A stretch of 17,200 nt of DNA, filler included, from an uncultured virus (IMG/VR IMGVR_UViG_2049941000_000128) (taxonomy: Duplodnaviria > Heunggongvirae > Uroviricota > Caudoviricetes). It is 5 parts of one record of this genome, joined end to end, with 100 filler letters (N's around TTAATTAATTAA, not from the genome) between each part and the next. Parts side by side here need not be neighbours in the genome. Positions count along the whole stretch, not along the records: positions 1 to 13,079 come from IMGVR_UViG_2049941000_000128; positions 13,180 to 15,175 come from IMGVR_UViG_2049941000_000128; positions 15,276 to 16,039 come from IMGVR_UViG_2049941000_000128; positions 16,140 to 16,605 come from IMGVR_UViG_2049941000_000128; positions 16,706 to 17,200 come from IMGVR_UViG_2049941000_000128. One strand, given 5' to 3'. The notes under the pieces were generated by a model, which did no database searches, was not told where the DNA came from, and saw only the letters and a list, made by a program, of their open reading frames with translations. Positions 10,500 through 17,200 of the stretch are shown here, piece after piece. Made by a program: the position numbers and the translations under genes. Position 1 is the first letter of the stretch, and every line of letters starts with the position of its first letter.

Positions 10500-11030
10500 N
10501 NNNNNNNNNNNNNNNNNNNNNNNNNNNNNNNNNNNNNNNNNNNNNNNNNNNNNNNNNNNNNNNNNNNNNNNNNNNNNNNNNNNNNNNNNNNNNNNNNNNN
10601 NNNNNNNNNNNNNNNNNNNNNNNNNNNNNNNNNNNNNNNNNNNNNNNNNNNNNNNNNNNNNNNNNNNNNNNNNNNNNNNNNNNNNNNNNNNNNNNNNNNN
10701 NNNNNNNNNNNNNNNNNNNNNNNNNNNNNNNNNNNNNNNNNNNNNNNNNNNNNNNNNNNNNNNNNNNNNNNNNNNNNNNNNNNNNNNNNNNNNNNNNNNN
10801 NNNNNNNNNNNNNNNNNNNNNNNNNNNNNNNNNNNNNNNNNNNNNNNNNNNNNNNNNNNNNNNNNNNNNNNNNNNNNNNNNNNNNNNNNNNNNNNNNNNN
10901 NNNNNNNNNNNNNNNNNNNNNNNNNNNNNNNNNNNNNNNNNNNNNNNNNNNNNNNNNNNNNNNNNNNNNNNNNNNNNNNNNNNNNNNNNNNNNNNNNNNN
11001 NNNNNNNNNNNNNNNNNNNNNNNNNNNNNN

Positions 11031-12997
11031 ACAAAGTCCATGGGCTCCGAGAACGTTATACGTACAACGGCAAGCCTTGTCATGCCCAGCGCATGCCATC
11101 TTACACGGTGGCTGTACTCGCCAGTAAGGCCGAAGGATGCGCTCCTCACGTTGCCGTAAGTCATGCCGCCGTCCTTGGAGACTTCCAAGAGTACTTCCGN
11201 NNNNNNNNNAACTCAACATCATCCTTCCACTGTTCAACCCATCCGGTGAACCAGCAGAACAGACCGTCATTAGTCAGTGCGTAAAATTTCTCGCGCCAGT
11301 AGGCCACGCCTCCGACACGCCACTGCTTCTCCAGATCCGTGTTCCTGTCGCGGCTGGTACGCTGGTGCCATTCCTTTGTACTCAAGTCGAAGCACCAAGT
11401 CTCTCCAATCGTGTTCGCCTGGAGCACGATGAACATGTGGTGCGATGTCGAATAAGGGAAGATGTATGCCGTGTCTGTAACTTCAGACTCAAGCTTCTCA
11501 TCGAGCCACTGATCGCTGATGACTTCGAAGTTCGTTCCGGTAGCAGCCATGATGCACTTGCCCCTTTGTTGTCCAGCAGAGAGGAAGAACNNNNNNNNNN
11601 GTCTCCATGGGGAAAGCGGAAGCATTGTCGGCCCTTCCGGACAGACACGTTCCATCAATGTGAACAAGGGACACGTAACGACGTGCCAGCCGTTGCGCTC
11701 GTACTCAGTCCAAGTGCCAGCCAGCACGTTTCGCACCATTTCTATGGGCGAGTGAAGTTCAATAGTACCGCCACGCATCATATCATGGCCCCTTGTGTTT
11801 GGCGTACCACTCACGCTGGTATGCTCTCACTTTTTCGCGGTTGAGTGCGTTGTACTGTCGTCTGTACTCATTCGGGTCATCCGCTTGAGAGACCGTTATA
11901 CGCTTGTCCCTAGTTAAATGCTGTTTAGAATTAAGACATTGCTGCTTAGGGGTTGCTAACCGGAGATTGAATACAACGTTATTCGCTCTATCGCGGTCAA
12001 CGTGATCAATGGTGTATCCATCTAGAATAGGGCCACGCCAAGTTTCATAGACAAGTCTATGTACCTTATAAGTACGCCCATCTATGCCTATAACCATGTA
12101 TCCTTCAGAGTTCACATGACCGTACNNNNNNNNNNACAAACTATTCGGAGATTCCAGACCGAACGTGCTCTGGGCAGAGAAGTAAAGGTCAGACCATGTA
12201 GCGTATTCGCCGCCTTGGTAGCCCTTGACTTCCACAGACTTGGGGCCAAACACGTACAAGTAATTTCCAACGCTTATGAGGCCGTTGACGCAGTCAGAAG
12301 AACCAGTCGAGAGGAAAAATTGCTGTGTGTGGTAGTCATCGTAAAACACCCAGTCGAACGGATCCACGTCCTTCATCTTGACAGTGATGCCGTCAGCCTC
12401 GTACTGCACCTGTCCGTTTTCGAGATCGAACACGCTTCGTGTCGAATAAGCTAACGGATAACGAATAGAGTAATAGCAGTAACCCGATTCGGTGTCGTTG
12501 ATGACGATGCATCCGTCTATTACAGCGACGTGGGTCGGCTTGACGATGTGGCCGTCCTGTTCCACGGCAGTAGGCAGCTGAATCTTGCGGTACGAGCCAG
12601 TCAATAGGTTGTAAGAATGTAGGTTGAAACCATCAGCGCAGAGAAGAATGGGGACAGGGCCTCCTGTCTCTGCAAAGCACATGCGCTGAGTACCTGGGCT
12701 GACAGTGAACAGTTTCTGCTTTTCCGTTTCCTTCAGCCTATAGACAACGTTTCCCATACAAGCGAACAGATCTTCGGAGCTGCGTTCTGACTGTAGGCCA
12801 CGAGTTGAGACGTAGACGCCACGGCACTTTCCGCCTATCTGGTAGATGCGCTTCAGGCCGGGGACGGATTCCAAGAACTGGATTCCGCCGTTGTCAGACT
12901 TGTACATGTTGACGGACAGCTCCGATCCTTGAACCGCTGGGTACTTGCCCTTCGCGGACTTTCCCACTAACAAGTTAATTACCTTGGATGTAGCCAT
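11031..12997 (-). CDS. Tail hub / packaged-DNA stabilisation protein, P22 gp10-like (segments 12997-12136, 11590-11210, 11199-11031)
   Basis: ATG 12997 with AGGAG. Motifs SVPGLKRI..GGKCRG, LYVFGPKSVEV, FFLS, TWCFDLSTKEWHQRTS and the family C-terminus LEVSKDGGMTYGN...GLTGEYSHRVRWHALG...RITFSEP. Confidence 0.85.
11601..11781 (-). CDS. N-terminus of small hypothetical protein downstream of the HNH gene
   Basis: ATG 1 nt after the HNH stop (TGA T ATG ATG): MMRGGTIELHSPIEMVRNVLAGTWTEYERNGWHVVTCPLFTLMERVCPEGPTMLP. The track wrongly fuses it to gp10 across the 10-N gap. Confidence 0.5.
11783..12125 (-). CDS. HNH homing endonuclease (HNH_3 type; 5' end missing)
   Basis: GYMVIGIDGRTYKVHRLVYETWRGPILDGYTIDHVDRDRANNVVFNLRLAT matches the canonical phage HNH pattern HRLV...DH.D....NN...NL. 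Basic C-terminal tail; visibly AT-richer than its neighbours. Confidence 0.9.
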
Positions 12998-13005
12998 GAG
13001 TACTC

Positions 13006-13079
13006 CTAGAGCTGGAGACCGTTTCCGGCCAAGCCGTCATTGTACGCTTGGTCATAGCTGCTGTACAGCCTCGTGCCGT
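13006..13079 (-). CDS. C-terminus of the gene preceding gp10 (probably the head-tail adaptor)
   Basis: GTRLYSSYDQAYNDGLAGNGLQL*, whose TAG overlaps the AGGAG RBS of the gp10-like gene. Confidence 0.5.
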
Positions 13080-13179
13080 NNNNNNNNNNNNNNNNNNNNN
13101 NNNNNNNNNNNNNNNNNNNNNNNTTAATTAATTAANNNNNNNNNNNNNNNNNNNNNNNNNNNNNNNNNNNNNNNNNNNN
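13080..13179. other. Artificial scaffold linker (also 15176-15275, 16040-16139, 16606-16705)
   Basis: 44 N + TTAATTAATTAA (stops in all six frames) + 44 N = 100 nt, four times. Confidence 0.97.
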
Positions 13180-13738
13180 TTGTTAAACTTCTTGATCCAT
13201 GTGGCAACGTCTGTGGAGTCTGCGGTTCCGAAGTCATGCAACGCGAGCAGTTCCTTGTCGCCACGAATTGCGCAGAACACATGACGGTCGCGGTCACCGG
13301 TATGGGCCATGTCAAGTCCAGCCCAGACCATGTCCTGACTTGTAACGACCTTGCGCTGGTCTGAAAAGTCGTTAATGGAGAGCATCGACGTGGAGTTATC
13401 ACCAAGAATGAGTTCGCCTTCCAGCTCTTGTCTGCGTAACTTCTCGTCAAAGATCGACGCGGCCATAAGCTCACGCTGTTCATCGGTGACGTAGATGTTT
13501 TCCTTCGGCTTGGCCCTCAACAACGTAATGCCGTGCTTGTCGTGCTCGATAATCATGAGCTGCCATTCAGAGCTCATGTTCGGAGTAGAAACGGCACGGA
13601 TCTGTGGATGTATCGGCCTACCCTGCAGATCCTTTCCACGGCAGATAGGCGTGATAGAAGCAAGCATCGTGGGCTTGGACAACATAAATTCGTCCAAGAT
13701 AACCAAGGATATTTCCGTTGCGCCTCTTACGTTGTCCG
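13180..13738 (-). CDS. terL: Terminase large subunit, internal fragment
   Basis: DNVRG...VILDE (Walker B), STP (coupling motif), ENIY..., RRQELEGE linker, and the RNase H-fold catalytic AGLDMA..G.D. Confidence 0.9.
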
Positions 13739-13748
13739 NNNNNNNNNN

Positions 13749-14180
13749 GGCGACACAGGGATCGAGTCCGTTAGCTTGTACTCAGGGAACCTACGGTTAA
13801 GGAACACCTTGACCGTGGCCCTTCCATGTCCGTTGAGGGACAGTCTGCCTACAAGTCTTACCTTGCCGCTGGGCGCGATTTCGCTAGAAGTCTCATAGCA
13901 GTAGTGGCTGGGGGGCGTCATGCTCTTGGCTGCNNNNNNNNNNNNNNNNNNNNNNNNNNNNNNNNNNNNNNNNNNNNNNNNNNNNNNNNNNNNNNNNNNN
14001 NNNNNNNNNNNNNNNNNNNNNNNNNNNNNNNNNNNNNNNNNNNNNNNNNNNNNNNNNNNNNNNNNNCCTGTTTAGCAAATTGAGGTAAGAGGCAGCATAA
14101 GTTCCGTCTAATGCCTCGCCGTCGCCAGTCATTGAACAGAGTTCAGCCGCTTCCTGAATAAGTGCGTTAACGCTGAGCAT
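13749..14180 (-). CDS. Head-tail adaptor, P22 gp4-like (partial)
   Basis: ATG 14180 with GAGG RBS. MLSVNALIQEAAELCSMTGDGEALDGTYAASYLNLLN resembles gp4-family N-termini. It follows the capsid gene and continues after the gap as AAKSMTPPSHYCYE...PEYKLTDSIPVS. Confidence 0.6.
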
Positions 14181-14220
14181 TTTTATCCTCTTGCAAAAGT
14201 TGTTTTAAAGATCTTCACTT

Positions 14221-14230
14221 ATAACTATGC
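14221..14230 (-). promoter_or_regulatory. GYATAGTTAT motif copy (candidate late promoter)
   Basis: GCATAGTTAT, intergenic, just after the capsid terminator and 40 nt upstream of ATG 14180. Confidence 0.55.
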
Positions 14231-14233
14231 GAC

Positions 14234-14266
14234 AAAAAGAAGGCCGAGCAATATGCCCAGCCTTCT
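14234..14266 (-). terminator. Rho-independent terminator after the major capsid gene
   Basis: Minus strand AGAAGGCTGGGCA-TAT-TGCTCGGCCTTCT-TTTT: 13-bp stem with two G.U pairs that pair only on the minus transcript, then a U tract, 31 nt after the capsid stop. Confidence 0.88.
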
Positions 14267-14297
14267 GTATAGTTAATTCACTATTTTACGTGCAAGC

Positions 14298-15175
14298 TTA
14301 CACTTCCACGAAAGTCGTGACAGCGCGACGCGGTTCCCAAATCTTGGAAAGATAAGGTGCATCGATACGGGTGAGCTGCACACCGTTCTTGCCGTCGCCG
14401 AATTCCATGCACTTCAAGGTGATCGGGCCATCCACACCGACGTTTTCAGTACGGCTAGACGGAAGATCAGAGAAGGAGTAGGAGTCGAAGCAGAGGGCGT
14501 CTTCGGTGCGAACTTGACCGACCTGGTAGTTCTTGGAANNNNNNNNNNGTGGACGGCATCTTGACTATCGGCATCAAGACCTGTTCCACGCAAGAAGCAC
14601 CAGCGTACTCGCCGAGATACTTGTTACGATAGATGTCAGACTGGATGGAGTCCGGAAGGAATTTTGCGAGACCCGTGTTGGCAATTTTGCCATAGATGGT
14701 CGGAGACTGGAAGTCAACCTTGCGGCCCGGAACTGCAAGTTCGTCGAGCTTGGTTGCAGCGTCAGAGAGCAGCTCGAAAGACGGAGCACTAACACCGCCA
14801 ACCTTCGGAGCAACAACAGCTTGCATAGAGCTGAAGATGTTGTGGTCGATAACGTCCTTTTCAATCGTGCGAGCGAGCTTGAGAGCACGAGGCTTCAAGA
14901 CTTCCTTAGCAAAGGATTCGATGTCGTTGAAATCGTTCCAGATGTCGGTTTCAACGGAAGTGTTCTTGTTCTGCATGTAAGCAGTGAGCTGGATTTCGTT
15001 GATGGCGTCCGGATTTGCAACGATACCGTCGGAAACCGTACCAGTGTCAACAAGGTAAGTGTTGACTTCTGCGCCATATTTCTTGCCCTTTAGTTCGCTC
15101 TGCGGATATTTCTGTTCGGAGGCGCGGACGAACGGCATGTTGTCTCGAATTGCCGTAGCAAAGTTCCGACAGCGC
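14298..15175 (-). CDS. Major capsid protein, P22 coat-like (5' end and an internal part missing)
   Basis: Open upstream of the track ATG (NFATAIRDNMPFVRAS..KKYGAEV). Contains IESFAKEVLKPRALKLARTIEKDVI. After the 10-N gap the true frame ends GPITLKCMEFGDGKNGVQLTRIDAPYLSKIWEPRRAVTTFVEV* (TAA 14298-14300), followed by a strong terminator. Confidence 0.8.
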
Positions 15176-15275
15176 NNNNNNNNNNNNNNNNNNNNNNNNN
15201 NNNNNNNNNNNNNNNNNNNTTAATTAATTAANNNNNNNNNNNNNNNNNNNNNNNNNNNNNNNNNNNNNNNNNNNN

Positions 15276-15570
15276 ACTTGAGTATTCGTTCGAGCAAATC
15301 TGCCTTTTCGACACTGCGCTCTTGAATAGCCTCAGTCAGCAGACCTTCGATGTCGGCATTGACGGCAGTCTCAAGCAAGTTGTGCTGCAGGGCTGCCTTG
15401 ATTGCACGAGAACGGATCATGCGGGTCTGCCATTCGTTCTCGTCAATTCCGAGCACGTCGGCATACTTGACCAAGTTGGCAGTCTTCAGCGGATTGTTCG
15501 CCGACAGACCTCTCTGCTTGGCCTTGATGCTGTTCTTCTGCTTCATCGCTGCTGACTGCTTCCTTGGCAT
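15276..15570 (-). CDS. Hypothetical basic protein, possible terminase small subunit (3' end missing)
   Basis: ATG at 15570, 1 nt after the upstream stop, with GGAGG upstream. Basic N-terminus MPRKQSAAMKQKNSIKAKQRG then helical sequence. TerS assignment is inference only. Confidence 0.35.
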
Positions 15571-15571
15571 C

Positions 15572-15943
15572 TTACTTTGCCTCCAATGCCCTGCGAATAC
15601 GGATAAGCTCACACAGAATTGCTCTCTGCGGGCCAGTGAGGGATAGTAGGCACCAAGGGTAGGTGTCGTTGAGTTCTTCGTTGACAGTCATTTCTGGCGT
15701 GTCTGGTCGCTCCAGAGACTCNNNNNNNNNNNNNNNNNNNNNNNNNNNNNNNNNNNNNNNNNNNNNNNNNNNNNNTTCTGGTATTTTTTTCCACCATTCG
15801 CGTACTGGGTTGTGGCTTTGTGTCTGCCATCCCCACAATGAGTCCCACGTCGCTAATTCGCCAGTGTCCCGGTCGATTCCGACGCTCGACATGGTCTGCA
15901 AGCAGCCGTGCATATCTTGTATTTTGAGTAATTCGATATCCAT
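15572..15943 (-). CDS. Hypothetical protein
   Basis: ATG downstream of an AT-rich spacer carrying the GCATAGTTAT motif; coupled to the next gene; internal gap. Confidence 0.55.
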   Translation of the reverse strand: MDIELLKIQDMHGCLQTMSSVGIDRDTGELATWDSLWGWQTQSHNPVREWWKKIPEXXXXXXXXXXXXXXXXXXESLERPDTPEMTVNEELNDTYPWCLLSLTGPQRAILCELIRIRRALEAK

Positions 15944-15971
15944 ACGTTTATCTAAATTACATCATTTTAGT

Positions 15972-15981
15972 ATAACTATGC
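15972..15981 (-). promoter_or_regulatory. GYATAGTTAT motif copy (candidate late promoter)
   Basis: GCATAGTTAT, intergenic, 28 nt upstream of ATG 15943. Confidence 0.55.
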
Positions 15982-16141
15982 ACTCACTGCGCCCCCATGA
16001 CCTCCGACGGATCCACTTCTTCGTGGGTCATCGAGTCATNNNNNNNNNNNNNNNNNNNNNNNNNNNNNNNNNNNNNNNNNNNNTTAATTAATTAANNNNN
16101 NNNNNNNNNNNNNNNNNNNNNNNNNNNNNNNNNNNNNNNAA

Positions 16142-16605
16142 AAGTGCGACCAGACTCTACTTTCTATAGAATATCATTACAATTTACTTACGGAAGAAGA
16201 AGTCGCCGCAGATTCCAAAGTGAAGGTCGGTACCCGTAACATCATCCTTTCTGGCTTCCGTCTCGACATGCACAAGGCAACTATCCTTGACTACTGCGCA
16301 TCGGACATACACTTGCTGGGGAAGCTTGCAGACCTTATCCGTGCCGACATGCAGAAGGTAGCAAGCGAGCCTCACCTTATAGTTGTAAAGGGGGAAGTCA
16401 AGGAGCTTGCTCCGGAAGACCTCATGTCCGTAGACGACATAGCTCTCGGAATGGGGCACTGGTGCGCCCAGAATGCCGTTTACGCCATGCGCGGAATTCC
16501 GCTGCACAAGGGTAAGTACAACGCAGTCGTGAAAGCCGCAGCAGAAATCAAGACCGAGATCCAGCTCGGATGGAACATCGACCATCCAGAGTACCCTGTC
16601 TACCG
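16142..16605 (+). CDS. DNA polymerase family A, 3'-5' exonuclease region (internal fragment)
   Basis: Frame open over the whole contig. ILDYCASDIHLL is an ExoIII YxxxD motif, followed about 65 aa later by MRGIPL, matching the GI.D/GIP motif at the start of the PolA polymerase domain. Confidence 0.7.
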
Positions 16606-16705
16606 NNNNNNNNNNNNNNNNNNNNNNNNNNNNNNNNNNNNNNNNNNNNTTAATTAATTAANNNNNNNNNNNNNNNNNNNNNNNNNNNNNNNNNNNNNNN
16701 NNNNN

Positions 16706-16948
16706 GCTGGCCAGGAAACTATCGACCAAGACGGCTTCGCGCAGTCCGAACCGAAACAGCAAACCGATACGCCGATGTCATGCAAGACCGCATGGGAACA
16801 TGCCCGTAGACGTGTGAAGATCGATGCACGATACGCTTGGGTGCTCAAAGAACACACTGAAAGAGTGCCAAGGCAAGACGTGCCGAACCGAACCAGATGG
16901 GCCGTCAAGGCGGAATTCGTCGATCTATACAAGAAAGAGGCTAAGTAG
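16706..16948 (+). CDS. C-terminus of a hypothetical protein (not in ORF track)
   Basis: 81 codons from the contig edge: AGQETIDQDGFAQSEPKQQTDTPMSCKTAWEHARRRV...EFVDLYKKEAK*, ending in the junction hairpin. Confidence 0.5.
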   Translation, partial: AGQETIDQDGFAQSEPKQQTDTPMSCKTAWEHARRRVKIDARYAWVLKEHTERVPRQDVPNRTRWAVKAEFVDLYKKEAK

Positions 16949-16958
16949 CCTCTTTTTT
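16934..16958. terminator. Candidate bidirectional terminator / palindrome at convergent gene ends
   Basis: AAAGAGGCTA-AG-TAGCCTCTTT perfect 10-bp inverted repeat running into a T tract; contains both stop codons. Confidence 0.55.
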
Positions 16959-17200
16959 CATTTTCTCTTTACGGCGCAAATAGTACCAGTGTTGCGCCTC
17001 GCGTGTTCCTGCCGGGTATGGGCAAAGCCTTGGCCTACCGTTCGGATTTTTCTCAATAGTCATGCCATAGAATTTAGTCTCACCATACTTCTTCGTGTAA
17101 GCCGCAATTTCGTCATCAAAATTCTTTCGTACGAAATCGTTTATACTCATAGCTGGCAGACCAAATTCCGCGCAATCCTCCGAATACTCCGTGTACGCAT
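16941..17200 (-). CDS. C-terminus of a longer gene, possibly the winged-helix end of a D5-like primase/helicase
   Basis: Frame is open to the window edge: AYTEYSEDCAEFGLPAMSINDF...KKYGETKFYGMTI resembles the Y..Y..C...G...S...F...G.+ pattern of D5-type C-terminal domains. Confidence 0.4.
   Translation of the reverse strand, partial: AYTEYSEDCAEFGLPAMSINDFVRKNFDDEIAAYTKKYGETKFYGMTIEKNPNGRPRLCPYPAGTREAQHWYYLRRKEKMKKEAT

Noticed and set aside
11783..12997. gp10-HNH fusion protein or intein
   Set aside because: The fusion exists only across a 10-N gap; the HNH has its own stop and no intein splice motifs are visible.
15984..16039. Weak ATGACC...GGTCAT inverted repeat as a structured RNA
   Set aside because: Only 6 bp, and the segment reads plausibly as a gene C-terminus on the minus strand (DSMTHEEVDPSEVMGAQ*).
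13124..16661. Four perfect TTAATTAATTAA repeats as a biological repeat or att site
   Set aside because: Each is centred in an exact 44N+12+44N block, a six-frame-stop concatenation linker.
1..17200. Alternative genetic code, CRISPR array, tRNA or integrase
   Set aside because: Genes are open in the standard code within contigs and use TAA, TAG and TGA as real stops. No repeat-spacer array, cloverleaf or recombinase motif was seen in resolved sequence; the gaps cannot be assessed.

Overview
A heavily gapped, artificially concatenated scaffold of a podovirus-type (P22-like structural module) dsDNA phage. The minus strand carries the virion genes, in transcription order (right to left): hypothetical, possible TerS, P22-coat-like major capsid with an intrinsic terminator, gp4-like head-tail adaptor, a TerL fragment, gp10-like tail/DNA-stabilisation protein, an HNH endonuclease, several probable ejection (internal virion) proteins including one with a KTSC-like domain, P22-like portal, a tailspike with a head-binding-like N-terminus, and a Ser-rich repetitive fibre. 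The right end holds replication fragments (family A DNA polymerase exonuclease region, possible D5-like primase/helicase C-terminus). About a third of the window is N. Four TTAATTAATTAA linkers show that separate scaffolds were pasted together, and several short contigs joined by 10-N gaps appear out of order, so many ORFs in the supplied track are chimeric. All product calls come from motif recognition by eye, not database searches. Best biological leads: a 4-copy oriented motif GYATAGTTAT upstream of late genes, a KTSC-like domain inside the ejection module, portal coupled directly to the tailspike gene, and two paralogous head-binding domains. I found no convincing wholly new system.
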